64,000 bases of DNA from the human T2T-CHM13v2.0 reference genome, Homo sapiens (GCF_009914755.1 NC_060931.1); one strand, 5' to 3'. Shown: positions 26,572-40,451, counted from the first letter of the stretch. Notes: generated from the letters alone by a model not told the origin. Numbers and translations are program-made.

Positions 26572-27870
26572 GTCTGTATAGAGGTGTCATAATAGTCTCG
26601 AATAATCTACTGTATTTCTGTGGGATTAACTGTAGTGTCGCCTTTGTTGTTTCCGATTGTGCTTATTTGCATCTTCTCTTGTTTAATTTGTTAATTTAGC
26701 TAATGGTCTATCAATCTTGTTTATCCTTTCATAAAACCAACTTATAGTTTGTTGATCCTTTATATGAATTTTGGGATCTTATTTTGATTCATTTTAGCTC
26801 TGATTTTAGTTATTTCTTTTCTTCTGCTAGCTTTCTGTTCGGTTTGATCTTGTTATAGTTCCTCTAGGCATGATATTAGATCCTTCATTTGGCGTCTTTC
26901 TAACTTCTGGGTAGCACTCTCTCTTCTCTTAGCACTTTCTCTTAACACTGCCTTTGCTGTGTCACAGAGATTTTGCTATGTTCTATCTCTGTTCTCCTCT
27001 GTTTTGAATAACATTTTTTATTTCTGCTTTCATTTAATGCTTACCAAAAGTCATTCAGGAGCAATTTGTTTAACTTCCATGCAATTGTATGGTTTTGAGT
27101 GATCTTCTTGCTGTTGATTTGTATTTTTATTACACTGAGGTCCAAGAGTATGGTTGGTAAAATATTGATTTTTTTTAAATTTATTGAGACTTGCTTTATG
27201 GTCAAGCATAAAGCCAATCAGAGTATGTCCAATGCACAGATGAGAAGAATGTATACTTTGCAGTTGATGGGAAGAATACTGCATAGACGTCTGTTAGGTC
27301 TAATTGGTCGAATGTTGAATTTAAGATCAGAATTTGTTTGTTAGTTTTCTGTCCTAATGATTTGTCTAATGATGTCCCTGTGGTATTGAAATACGCCACT
27401 ATTATTGTTTGGCTGTATAATTATTTTCATAGATCTAGAAGTACTTTTTTTTATGAATACGAATGCTCCAATATTAAGTGCATGTATATTTAGGACAGTT
27501 AAATCTTGATGAATTGAATCCTTAATCATTATGTAATGCCCTTCTTTGAACTTTTTTCTGTTATTGATTTAAAGTCTGCTTTTTCTGATAAAAGAATAGT
27601 GACCCCTTCTGTCTTGTTTTCAATTTGCCTGATAGATCTTTCTCCAACCCTGTACTTTGAGCCTATTGGTATCATTATGTGTGAAATGGGTCTTTTAAGG
27701 CAGCAGATGAATAAGTGTTTTTGTTGTTGTCTCTGTTATTGTTGTTTTTATCCAGCTTGCTGCTCTGAACCTATTTAGTGAAACATATAAACTGTTTATA
27801 TTTAAATTAATATTAACATGTGAGAGTTTGTTCCTCTCATGAAGTTATTAGCTGGTTACTTTGTAGTTTC

Positions 27871-28629
27871 TTTTTTTAACTTTTATTTTAGGTTCAGGGT
27901 TACATGTGCAAGTTTGTCATACAGGTAAACTCATGTCACAGAAGTTTATTGTACAGATTACTTCACAACCCAGGCACTAAGCCTAGTACCCAATGTTTTT
28001 GAGTTTTTTTCTGTTCTTCTCCCTCCTGCCATCCTCCTCTTTCAATCAGGCCTCAGTGTCTGTTGTTCCCGTCTTTGTCTTCATGAGTTCTCATAATTTC
28101 ATACCCACTTATAAGGGAGAGCATGTGGTATTTGGTTTTCTGTTCCTTTGTTAATTTGCTAAGGATAATACCCTCCAGCTGCATCCATGTTCCTGCAAAG
28201 ACATAATCTGATTCTTTTTTATGGCAGTATAGTATTCCATGGTATGTATGTACCACATGTTCTTTATTCAGTCTATCATTGATGGGCATTTAGGTTGATT
28301 CCATGTCTTTGCTATTGTGAATAGTACTGCAATGAACATTTGTGTGTGTGTGTCTCTATGGTACAATGATATATATTTATCTGGGTATATACCCAGTAGT
28401 GAGACTGTTGGATCTAATGGTAGTTCTGTTTTTAGCTCTTTGAGAAATTTTCATGCTGCTTTCAAAGATCATTCAACTAATTTTCACTCCCACCAACAGT
28501 GTGTAAATATTCTGTTTTCTCTGCAACCTCACCAGCATCTGTTATTTTTTGCTTTTTAATAATAGCCATCAGACTTGTATCAGATGGTATCTCATTGTGG
28601 TTTTGATTTGCATTTCTCTATTGATCAGT
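27871..28629 (-). mobile_element. 5'-truncated L1PA13-15-like element nested in L1
   Basis: Second L1 3' UTR and ORF2 C-terminus (ORF 28053..28289) inside the host at its ORF1/ORF2 boundary. Confidence 0.85.
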
Positions 28630-29524
28630 TTTCATGTATTATTTCATCAAATAGGTTTTGAACACTTTTTTTTTCCCTCACATCACCTTCTGGGATACCA
28701 ATAATATGTAAATTTGACCAATTTATGATGTCCCACTTGTCACTAAGTCTTTATTATTTTTCATTCTTTTTATTTTGAATTTTTGTCTGGCTATATTATT
28801 TCAAAAGACCTGTTTTTAAGTTCTGAGATTCTTTATTTGGTTTGATTTGACCTGTTGTGGAAGATTTCAAGTGTATTTTGTGTTTCTTTCAATGAATTTT
28901 TTATTTCCAGAATTTTCATTTTTCTATGACATCTATCTCATTGGTAAATTTGTCATTCGTATTCTGAACTGTTTTTCAAATTTCTTTGTACAGTTTTTCA
29001 GGATTTTCTTGTATCTCACTGAACTTCTTTAGAATCAATAATTGGATTATCATTCCAGGATTTCACATATTTCCTTTTGATTGGTATCTGTTGCTGAAGA
29101 ATTATATTTCTTTGGAGGTGTCATATTTTCCTGCTTTTTAATGTTTCCTGTGTATTTATTTTGACATTTGCACATCTGGTATAGCAGTTGCTTCTTCATT
29201 TATTTTGTTGAATTGCTTTTTTAGGGGAAGACTTCCCCATGCTGTATCTATGGTGTTGGTGGGGTAGGCCCATTGGCTTTGATTCTGGGTGCATGTAGTA
29301 GTGTAGCCTCTTTATTCTCTGGCTATAAACAATGTCAGTGGTATCTGTGATTTCCTTGGCAGTGTAGGGGGCAGTAATTTATTGAGGTTCTGGTAAAGTT
29401 TTGCTGGAGACAAAGAGGCCTAATGGGCCAGTCTTCAGGCCCGAATAGTGGCAGCCTGCCTGTTCTTGGGTTCCTAGGCGATGTACGCTGGTACCAGTGT
29501 TAGTAGGTCCATGAGGGTTGATTC

Positions 29525-29818
29525 TTTTTTTTTTTTTTTTGAGACAGAGTCTTGCTCTGTTGCCCAGGCTGGAGTGCAGTGGCACGATCTCAGCTCACTG
29601 CAACATCTGCCTCCCAGGTTCAAGCAATTCTCTGACTTAGCCTCCCAAGTAGCTGGGATTGCAGGTGCCCACCACCATGCCTGGCTAATTTTTGTATTTT
29701 TAATAGATACAGGGTTTCACCATTTGGCCAGGCTGGTCTTGAACTGCTGACCTCATCATCCACCTGCCTCTACCTCCCAAAGTGCTGGGATTACAGGTGT
29801 GAGCCACTGTGCTTAGCC
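29525..29818 (-). mobile_element. AluS with TSD
   Basis: Alu dimer; TSD AGGGTTGATTCTTT at 29514-29527 and 29820-29833. Confidence 0.95.
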
Positions 29819-30010
29819 AAGGGTTGATTCTTTAGCCACCAGGTGGCTTGCTCAGATGCCAGTTGCAGCAGTGTTAGACCAGGAGGATGGGTTCTTGTGC
29901 CCCTGGGCACCTGGCATGGCATAGGAAATAACAGAACAGTGGTGGCACAAACCTTTGGGTGCCGAGTGGTGCATGCTGGTGTTGATGATGGTTGTGATGG
30001 GCTGGGCAGG

Positions 30011-30384
30011 TGATATGATTTGGCTGTGTCCCCACCCACACCTCATCTTGAATTTTAGTCCCCCTAATCCCCATGTGTCATGGGAGGGGCAGAGTAGACG
30101 GTAATTGAATCATGGAAGCAATTACGTCCATGCTGTTCTTGTGACAGTGAGTGAGTTCTCACGATATCTGATGGTTTTATAAGGGACTTTTCTCCCTTGG
30201 GCTGGGCACTTCTCCTTCCTGCCATCACGTGAAGAATGATGTGTTTGCTTCCTCTTCTGCCAAGCTTTCGAGTTGCCTGAGGCCTCCCCAGCCATGTGGA
30301 ACTGTGAGCCAATTAGGTCTTTTTCCTTTATAAATTTCCCAGTCTCAGACAGTCCTTCATAGCAGCATGAGAATGGACTAATAC
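30011..30384 (+). mobile_element. THE1 (C/D-like) solo LTR
   Basis: TGATATGATTTGGCTGTGTCCCCACCC...AATGGACTAATAC; TSD GCAGG at 30006-30010 and 30385-30389. Confidence 0.92.
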
Positions 30385-32270
30385 GCAGGACAATCTCCAA
30401 GTTCCTAGTTGGCACATTTGAGTAGGTGTTAGTGATGGTGTTGGTAGTTGGCTGGGTGGACATGCCTTCCAGTTCCCAGAAAGAGTGCACAGGTGCCAGA
30501 GGTGGTAGAATAAGCAGAGTGATTCCATGATTCCCATGTCCTTGAACAATGTGCTCAGGTTCTAAAGGAGTGATGCTGGGCCAGGCAATTCTGACCTCAG
30601 GCACCTGGTGATATGCAGGGATATTGGCTATTGTTGGCAGGGCAGAAAAGTCTGTTGTGGTGGGTGTGGAAAATCTGATTCCAGGGCTCCTGCTAAAGCA
30701 CAGGAGTCTTGCTGTTGGTATGAATAGAGGTGCTATCAGCAGTCCACTGCAAGCAGCTTTTACGATCTGGGAAGTGCACATTTATTCTCTAGCAGCATCA
30801 ATGGCCACAACGATGTGTGTGTGGAGCCTGTATTCAGGATGTACAGTAGAGCACAGATACCATACTCCTGATGTCATGGAGGTTGCCCAAATCCTCAAAC
30901 AGGGAGCTCTCAGGTTCTGCAGTTGCATTTGTTTCGACTCCTGGCTACGGTAGTGGCTACAGAGTTGTGTGGAAAAGGAGAGAAATCACTCCTTCTGTAC
31001 TCATGCCTGACCAGAAAGACTGTGTTGCCAGTGGGGGCATTGTCACTGTCCACTGACCAGACATGCAGCTCTTAGGCTCTTTTACTCTCAGTGGCGGCGG
31101 CAGCCACAGTGCCCCACAGAGGTAAGGACAGAGGAGAGATCCCACCCTTCAGTGTGATCTTTAGCCTAGAGGCCATGCTATCAGTGGAGGTGTTGTTGCC
31201 ACTCGCAGCTCCAGACAAGTAGCCCTCCAGTTCACCTGCCCCAGACCCTGGTGGCAGCAACAGTGGCTGTGGCTTCTGCATTGTGTAGGGGGTGGGATGG
31301 GGGGTGTAGAGATGGGGGGTGGGGATGGGGGTAAGGGATCCTGCTTCTAAGAGTGCAAGCCAGAGGACATAGGTTGCTCCACAGTTGTGGGTAGGTCCTT
31401 GCTCCCATCCCCAGACAGTCAGGTCTCTGACTGCAAGCCCCAGGATAGAGTCCATGCTGCTAGAGGTGACAGGTGCCAGGAATTTTGAGGAATGTGAGAG
31501 TCCAGCATCTCTAGCCAGCCATCTTGCTTCTTCATCCACCATCTACATTTTTAATCAACTTGCCAACTTTCACAATATTGGGATGTTGATGAGAATTAAA
31601 TTTATTTTATAGATAAATTTTGGCAATATGGCCTCTTTACATTATTAAGTCTTCCAGTTCATGAACAAAATGGATTCAGATGTTTATTTCTCTAATTTTT
31701 TATTAATAATATTTATCAGAATTTCTGTAAGTCATATATTACTTTTATCAGATTTTCTGCCAGTTATGGATACTATCAAAAACACCTAATAATCTGTGGT
31801 AATACATAGGAGTATATTTGATATACTGTGACCTTAGTAGGTTTTTTATTTATTATAGAAGTTATCTATAAGCTATACTGGTATTTGTTTGTATACAATG
31901 ATTTTATATGCAAATAATGACAATTTTATCTGTCATTAAGATTTTACATGTTTCTCTACAGTTTTAATATATCATATATTCTTTTATTATTGGCCCAAAC
32001 TTTTCTAATATCCATTTTAATTTCTTCTTTGAAACATTAATTATATAGAGTATATTTTTTTAAATTTTGAATATTTTACTATATTGTGGCTACTATTTAT
32101 TTTATTGTTCTAGCTTAATCTTATTTTTCATTCTGATCAGTGGACACACTCTGAATAATTTAAAATATTTAGAAATGTTTATATTTGTTGAGATTTGCTT
32201 TATTGCCAGTATATAGTCAATTCTGGAAAATGTCTCATAAGCGTTTGAAAATAATATATGTATTCAGTAC

Positions 32271-32708
32271 TGTATTAATTTCTTATTGTCACTGTAGCAT
32301 ATTACCACAAATTTAGTGGATTAAAACAACATGAAATTCTTTTCTTGTAATATGATAGGCCAGTAAGGATGCATTTGGGGAGTGGGGAGGAGTTGTAGGG
32401 GACAATCTGTTTCCTTGCCTTTTCTAACTTCTAGAGATTCTTGCATTCCTCAGCTTCTGGCCCCGTCCTCTAGCTTCAGAGCAAGCAGCCTAGAATCGTC
32501 GAGTCTCTCTTTCTGCTTCAGTCATTGATATTTTCATGCCTCTGACCCTCCTGCCTGCCTCCTATAAGAACCCTTGTGATTACAGTTGCCCTTCTTGGCT
32601 AATTCAGAAATCCTTAATTGAATCACATCTACAAAGTCCTTTTTCCACTTTCACTGCTTCTGGGGACTGAGTTGTGATAATCCCAAAGGCATAATTTTCT
32701 CCACCACA
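32271..32708 (-). mobile_element. MLT1D-type MaLR LTR
   Basis: TGTATTAATTTCTTATTG..TTACCACAAATTTAGTGGATTAAAACAACA...CCACCACA. Confidence 0.85.
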
Positions 32709-32795
32709 TGCAGTTTGGGGTGTAGTGTCTTAAGTCAGACGTATTAGCTGTGCTTTTCAAGCATTGTACATTTGCTGAAATTTTGTTATAATTTT

Positions 32796-33641
32796 GTCCG
32801 GGCTCAGTGGCTCACTCTTGTAATCCCGTCAGAGGCATTCAAACCACAGCAACTCCATCTTGGGTGAGGGCTATAAAAATAAGGCTGGAACTTGCTGGGC
32901 AGAATTCCCAGAAAGTTAGGCATTCCTAACCTCTAGATGTTTACGTCTAAGGGAACAGATTGATGAGGTTTGCTAAACAGACCCAGACTTGAGAGTGTCC
33001 TAATATTCTGATATCTTGAGAATAAAGGCCTTTCTAATTTTGCTTTAAAGATAATAATATTGATTCTTGCAAAATACAGTAACTAAGAAAATTAACCTTT
33101 TATCACAAGCCCTTGTAGCAGAGCACATCTCCCCATGATGTTTTTTTTATCGTATATATACAAGTATTTTACTTAGGGTGGATGCACTCCTCCTCTTACT
33201 TTAGGGAACACCCTACTCTGTCTATGGAGTGGCTGTTCTTTCACCACTTTACTTTTCTTAATAAACTTGCTTTTGTTTTGCACTGAGGACTCTCCCTGAA
33301 TTTTTTCTTGTGTGAGATCCAAGAACTTGGTCTTGGGGTCTGGATCAGGACCCCTTTCCTGTAACAATCCCAGCACATTGGGAGGACAAGGCAGGCAGAT
33401 TGCTTTAGTCCAGGAGTTTGACACCAGCATGGGCAACAGGACAAAGCCTCATCTCTTCAAAAAAATAAAAATAAATAAAAATTTGCTGGGTATGGCGGTG
33501 CATGCCTGTAATCCGAGCTAGTCTGGGGGGTGAGGCTGAAGGATCTCTTGAGCCTGGAAGGTTGAGGCTGCAGTGAACCCTGATCCCTAATCATACCACT
33601 ACACTCTAGCCAGGGCAACAGAGCGAGACACTGTCTCAAAA

Positions 33642-33676
<35 letters not shown>

Positions 33677-33680
33677 AATA
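32796..33680 (+). mobile_element. AluJ split by MER41 (32796-32826 and 33367-33680), (TAAA)n tail
   Basis: Alu 5' end ..CACTCTTGTAATCC resumes as ATCCCAGCAC.. after the LTR. Confidence 0.9.
32827..33366 (+). mobile_element. MER41 (C/D-like) ERV1 solo LTR
   Basis: GTCAGAGGCATTCAAACCACAGCAACTCCATCTTG ... GGGGTCTGGATCAGGACCCCTTTCCTGTAACA; TSD ATCC at 32823-32826 and 33367-33370. Confidence 0.92.
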
Positions 33681-36600
33681 ATTTTCTATCAGTTACTTAG
33701 AAAGGTGGGTTAAAATCTCTGATTCTGTTGTTAAAAATCTGTCATTTTTGGCTTTATGTCATTTGAAACTATGTAACTTGTAAAGACCAATTTTATTTTA
33801 GGATCGGAGTGACTCATTTTATGGAATATTCCACTTACATCTTGTAATATTTATGTATTTCCCTCTCCTGAGACAATGTGTAGACCTTACAATACTTTAA
33901 CTTCTTGTACTCTACACCTGGCTTCCATGCTATTGCTGTCATCTATTTTAGTGCTACATATATTTTTACCCACATAGCACATTATAATTGTTTCTAGAAC
34001 TTCTTATTCCTTTAGATCTACTAGCATATTTTTCATTTCTGGTGTTGCTTAATTCTCCCTGAGATGCAGTTCTTCCTTCTGGCATAATTGTCCTTCTGCC
34101 TTGAGAATTTCCAATTGTGTGTTTTTAAAATCTTGGTCTGATAATGATTAAAAAATCTCTTAGTCATTGTTTATCTGAAGATGTCTTAACTTTAACTTCA
34201 TTTTTGAAAAATATTTTAATGGATTTGGAGTTATATATAGACATTTTTCTTTCAATGTCCTGAAAGTTTTATTGGTTTTATTTCATGCTCCTTCATTCGT
34301 GTCAACAATGCGGTCCTTCCTCTCATTATATACTAAAAGATAAAGTGTCTTTTTAAAAATAGTGTCTTATAAGCTTTTTATCTTTGGTTTTCAACTATTT
34401 TAAAATGATCTCCTATATGTGGTTTTCATTTTAGTAATACTGATAGATTTTTTCTCTTATTAACTTTGAAAGAAATTCCAATGTCTTTACCTTGTATGTT
34501 TTCAATTATTGCCCATGAACTGTTTGTTCTCCTCTTTCTGAGTCTAAAATTACTTGCTTTCTAGATTATTCTTCTGGGTTTCATATGCCTCATGTTGTTT
34601 TATATTTTTTCTTTATATGCTTCATTCTGCATATTTTCTAACTGCATTATCTCCTAGAATATTTGATTTTTTCTGCTGTGTCCAGTGGGTTAAAATTATC
34701 TCAGGTTATGAATTCTTTGGCACTATTTTTATAGGTTCTACTTGATTATTTGATAGATTATGTTGTTTTTAGACACTCATCCTGTCAACTTTTATTTTCA
34801 ATATTAATAATAGTTTTATTATAAAATATTACCTAACTACTCAAACCTGTATCATATAAACTTCTTTTTATTGTCTGTCTTATCTTTCGGTGTTTGGAAA
34901 ATTTTGATTGAATGTTGAATATTACAAACATACACACAAAATGTAGACTCTCTTGATAATGTCAGGATTTTTTATTTACTTTTTTTCCTGTCAGGCAATT
35001 AGGTAAAAGAGAACAGTTTGACCAATCAAGAATGAATGTTTTAGTGCTATATTTCAGGCTTTGTGAACACTTAATAGTGACAGTTTACACTTGATAATAT
35101 GGAATATGACTTCAGGGATTTCCAAGGAAGGAAGATTTCAGATCTTCACCAGAACCTCTCCTCTTTAGACAAATATGACTTCTAAATTTTTTTCTTCTAC
35201 ATAATAAGACTGATAAAAGTTATACAAAACAGCCTTACTTTTGGCTTCTACGCTAACTGGTGAAAACTCTCAATCACTGAAATGTTTTTCCTTCTTTTCA
35301 GTAGATGAGCATCTGATGTTGTGATTACTATGGATATTCTCAAATGCATTTAAATAGCTTTTTCTGCATGTTGTACGGGTTTAATATCTATTCTCAGTGG
35401 AATGGTTAATATTTAATTATGATGTTAAAGAAGTGTCATAATGTTGTGCAAGAAGTAATCTTTTATTCTACTTAAACGGTGATAGGTGTACACTTCCTAT
35501 CAAATAGAGAAGGCTCTTTTCCACCATTATGGCATTTCCTACCAGTGAGTGAACAGAGCCACTATTTAGGACATGGGAAAGGAAAACTGTAGTAATATTT
35601 TGTAGTATTAAGCCTATAGTAAACACTATTGCTTGGTTGTGCAGGTAAAACAGGAAATATGAATTTTGTAAAGCCTACTAAGGTAATAAAGCTTTTTTAA
35701 ACATCTTACATGAAATAGACTTCAGTAGGAAAATAAATGACTATTCAGTATCATTTGGAAGCAATTTCAGGAAAACAAGAAGAAAATTAAGTTTAAAAGA
35801 GTTGTTATTAATATTGATATAAGTAATCAAATCAAATGCAGACCAAGGGTGAAGCTAGTCTTAGGAATGACTTTAATCTGAATATTAAATGGTGTCAGAA
35901 CTCTCTGTCTCCTTCTCTCATCTCTCTCTCAGAAGGATTCTGAGAGTCATCAATGTTTGAATCATATGCAAAAAATAAAACCAATCACCGTTGAGAATCA
36001 GGGTATCTTACAAAGAAGGCAGCTCACACTGTAGACACATAGCTTGTGTATTCATGGAGATGGAAATATAGTGGATAGATTATACAGGTATGTACAACAT
36101 CAAAAGCCTTCAATTCATCAAAGCAACCACTGCAATTTGTATGTACTATTATACCAAAGTTGTAATTAAATCAGAATAATATGAAGGCATTATTCAAGTA
36201 TATTAAGAACGCTTATAAATAATCGTTTGCTATAGGAACTAAAGAAATGACAAAATTAGGTTTTTAAAATAATAAATGCATGAATGAAATTCACTTATTT
36301 TTAGGACATCCAGAAACTGATGTAATGATCATTGTCATTTGGCTTTTCATTATTTTTCTACTATAAATCAGTTTATTTACTTTTAAGGCTTCTGATTTTC
36401 ATTTTCAAAAGATGAAGACAATTTTCATATTGTTATACCTTAAGAGTCATAGAAGAAATCAACAAAGAATCACTTGTAACTTAAGCAAGCTTTGTTACTT
36501 GAATTATTACTGTTATGGGAAAATTGTCTTAAAACACACAAGTTGACTGTGTTACAAAATAAGGAGTTTGGACAAAGGTATAGATTGCTTAGGTTAACAG

Positions 36601-37504
36601 AAAACAGTATGAGCAACAATAGTTCTGAAGCAAATGAAAAACTTTTAAGCAGATATGAATTAGTTACATAGATATGTATAACAATCCACAAAGCATCTCT
36701 TTTACATGAAAGATTGAGGACAAAAATTAGAATAAGAAAACCACAATAAAACCTTTCTGTGTATGTGAAAATACCTTAAAAATTGTGGATGTGGATAAAA
36801 ACCTTGGATAAATTCTAAACACTGAAAATTAAAGTTGAATATATTATTAGCAGAAGACCTCTAAACCTTAGATAAATAATTCAGACTTAGATACCAAAAT
36901 ATAATGAGTGGTTTCATAAAGTGATTGAAGGTCACATGAATTGTAATATGTAAACATATGAAATTGTATTATGCATAAAGTAAATTTGACAGCTGTAGGT
37001 GAGGAAAAAATAAAATATTTAATATATCTTATCTTTGTACTAAATAATAAAATTAATGCCTCCATGAATGTAATATCAAATTTATCTGACTCTGAAAATT
37101 TTATATAACATAATAACAATATAGTATCTAAAAGTTTCTCCCTTCGAAAATTTTCTCACCAATGTTATTTTAAAGTAAGCCTCTTTACATAGACTTTGTT
37201 TAGTATATATACTGAAGAGTTATGAATCAAAATCAATAAAATAAAAAATGTCAGACTAATAAACATTCTTAGAAAGCATCGTGTTGTAACAATGTTTTGA
37301 TTTTCTTCTCTTTATCTTTTCATAATTCATTGTTCACTGATCTAATCTACCTCTGCGTCCTTGAGAATTACTCCCAAATAACTGCCCCATTTTAAACAGT
37401 AGCAGCATCATTATATACTAAGCCTATCCTCTTTGTACACTTTGAAAGTACTGCACCCAATTCAACTGCATTGGGGGCAATGACTACATTTGTGATTTAT
37501 GAAG

Positions 37505-37730
37505 ATGATGGTGATGATAATATGGAAGCTACAAGTTATAGAGTGTTTTGTCATGTTCCAAGCAGCATGCTAAATGATTAACATTCATTATCCATTATCC
37601 ACAATGAACCTATAAAATGCTACAGCTTGAACGTGTTAAGTAACTTGCTCAATATCATTTCACTAGTACTTGGGGAAGTTGAGGCTTCAGTCAGCATTGT
37701 CAGTATCTAGAAATGTGTCCTGAAACATTT
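37505..37730 (-). mobile_element. MIR
   Basis: GTTAAGTAACTTGCTCAATATCA..CACTAGTA resembles the MIR core. Confidence 0.55.
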
Positions 37731-40451
37731 CATAATTTGCTTCTGATAGTATAATAGTTACTACTAATATATAAACAAATTTAATTCTCCATCAATGAAT
37801 CTCAAAAAAGCAAGCCCAGGAACATATTAAAAAGAATTGATATTTAATTTTCTAGTATCTCAAGAGAATAAAACAAAGTATATTTTCTAAACATGTAGTG
37901 TTACCAAGTGTGTTATATTAGACATTAAAAGGACAGCAATACTAATTATATAAACTTGATAAGCATGTTCAAAAGCACAGTGATAGACTGAATTCATTTT
38001 TAAAATATTTCCCTCAGTTGTGCATCCTCAATGGGTCAAATCAGAGCTATCTAATAATTAATTTCTATGAGTTGTATTAGTCTAGAAATATCTACAGAGT
38101 ATTTTAATTAACCTCGTGAGTTTCAATGAATATTTAAACATCTCTATTCTCATTATATTTTAATTAATAAATTACCCATGTACTTTATCAGTCCATAAAA
38201 TTTTATGATTAAAATAGTTTCTAGCTGGTGCCATCCACAAAATTACTTGATTGACTTCTCCTGAGCATCTAAATATGGCACGTCGATATGAAATCAGTAG
38301 CAAACGCTGGTTCCCTGAGAAACACACTAAACTTGTTATTATTTTTCCACACTAATACTTTGAACGAGACAAAATCAAAATATGTGCCCTTTATTGTTAT
38401 CATTTACAGAAACTTATTATTCCATGTAATGTCTATGTTATTCCTTGATGAAAGAATTTATCTTCATAGTTTCTCAATCATATCCAGATCATCTATAAGC
38501 CTCTTGGATATGTACATAAAATTTTGCGACACATGAGAGATTCTGGTATAGAATTGTGGTGTGTAAAACAATATTCAACAACAAAAGTAAGAAGAAGGAG
38601 GAAAAAATGTAATATGTTTGCATACCAAAATGTAGATCAATGTTTTCCAACATTGCATATACATTTGGCTTCTATTCCTTAAAATACTGACCCCACCACC
38701 CCCCACAGCTATTTTCTCAAGTTATAAAAGGGAATTAAATTTCCTCTTTGACACACCTATCAAAACATCAAAGACTATAGTGTCTTCCACCTGTAGATGA
38801 TATTTTTCTACATATTTTCTTTATGCACAAAGGTACTAAGCATATTTAAGAGATGCAATAATTTAAAATTTTTACATTTTTTAGAAACCTATATTTGCTT
38901 TTGTAGAAACTACTTCAAACTGGAATCTATCACAAAAGGCTTTTATCAGCTCAAGTTTTATGCAAAAGAGTTTTACATCAACGCTTCAAAGACTTTGTAT
39001 TCTATCCAGCTTGGTAGAAGAGATGAATCAGGACCATGCTACAAATTCCATGAACACAGTCTTTACATTGGACTTTAAAAACTGCCTACAAAAAGAAATT
39101 TGTCTAACCCCAGTAACTCTGCATGCGATAGCTATGGATATCAGGAGGGATTATGAATATAAGAAAGTTAAGTTCTTCTACAACTTATTCCATGAAGAAT
39201 ATGAAAGTGCGTGAGCTGTACTATGTTTTCTTAAATGTGTCAATTAAACCTTCCCACTGCAAAACTAGCTAGTAAGTAAGCTTTTCTTTTATGCCTACAG
39301 CCTTTCCTTCTTATCCAGAAGTCCAGGAAGAAAAAAATTCTGATAAACTAATATATTTTAAGTGTTAAGTATTTACCTTTTATGGCCTACTTGAAATATA
39401 AAAATGTTGTTGTTGTTTATACATATACAATTAAGTGGTGAATTTTTTAATTTTCAAGTTAATTGGAATGTGTGTTATTTGAATTTCAAAAGTAGACTAA
39501 TAGAATTAGAAAACTCAGGAAATTGCTTTTGTTGACATTTCAAGGAAATAATTCGGCAAGTGCTTGGCTAAAACTGAACCACCTCTGCATGCTCCGTATT
39601 GACTGCCACCTACTCCACCTGTGATCCATTCCTAGAAATAGTCATACACCCTAAATTAACCTGAAGGCTTTTCTCTTCCTCATATTCTTGAAAGAAATAT
39701 CCCTCAGCTTAAAGAGAGGAACAGGATGGTTCTGAGTAATAAAAAAAAAATGTTCTACTTACGTATCAATGACTTTGATATTTAAATGTGAATTATGTCT
39801 AGAAGCAAGTGTACCTATTACATATGGGAACAAAGTCAGTGTTCAGAGGAAGCTACTTACAGTTTATTTCTAAGATCATGAATTGTCACAAAAATGTAAA
39901 TGAAAAGAAAAAGAACTTATGATAAAATCATTGTAGCATTACAGTGAATTTTAAGAACAGAGTAAGTTTTTCAAAAGGACATTATATTTAATGCATGGCA
40001 GTCATATTTACTTTGTAAAATACTTTTTTATTTTTTTTATAATGAGAAGTTTACTCTACCTCTGGGTCAGAAGTGCATTTTTTCATCCCTAAAATTATTG
40101 TATCCCAACTGAATGTACATTTAAAATTGAAACTTTAAATAGTACCAAGTTTCCCTTTTACTACTGCTACTTTAGGGGAAAGGGGTAAGTTTTCACATAG
40201 ATGAAGTAAAATCATTGTGTTTTTTTCAAATATTCTTTTTTTTTTTTATACTTTAAGTTTTAGGGGGTACATGTGCACATAGTGCAGGTTAGTTACATAT
40301 GTATACATGTGCCATGCTGGTGCACTGCACCCACTAACTTGTCATCTAGCATTAGGTATATCTCCCAATGCTATCCCTCCCCACTCCCCGCACCCCACCA
40401 CAGTCCCCAGAGTGTGATATTCCCCTTCCTGTGTCCATGTGATCTCATTGT

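Larger units (their letters stand above)
22713..31533 (-). mobile_element. Near full-length old LINE-1 (L1PA16-like), inactive, with multiple nested insertions
   Basis: 3' UTR at 22713, RT remnant (25583..25816 [30 protein letters not shown]), EN remnants ~27050-27700, ORF1 remnants ~28630-29200, long GC-richer 5' UTR starting GAAGCAAGATGGCTGG. Confidence 0.88.
31539..35000 (-). mobile_element. Ancient L1ME continuation (fragmentary), interrupted by MLT1, Alu and MER41
   Basis: T-rich decayed L1 ORF2/ORF1 antisense motifs (TTTGTTGAGATTTGCTTT; TCATTTTTGAAAAATATTTT). Confidence 0.6.

Noticed and set aside
30122-30781. 219-aa minus-strand ORF, the longest outside the young L1
   Set aside because: It spans an old L1 5' UTR and an antisense THE1 LTR, has no recognisable domain, and is expected by chance in GC-richer repeat DNA.
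31072-31542. 156-aa ORF at the 5' end of the old L1
   Set aside because: It lies within an L1 5' UTR and its Pro/Thr-rich part comes from the G-tract; no homology recognised.
35400-40200. Unique AT-rich stretch with 70-90 aa ORFs
   Set aside because: Composition is random (I/L/F/K-rich) with no exon chain. Conserved enhancers cannot be judged without alignments.
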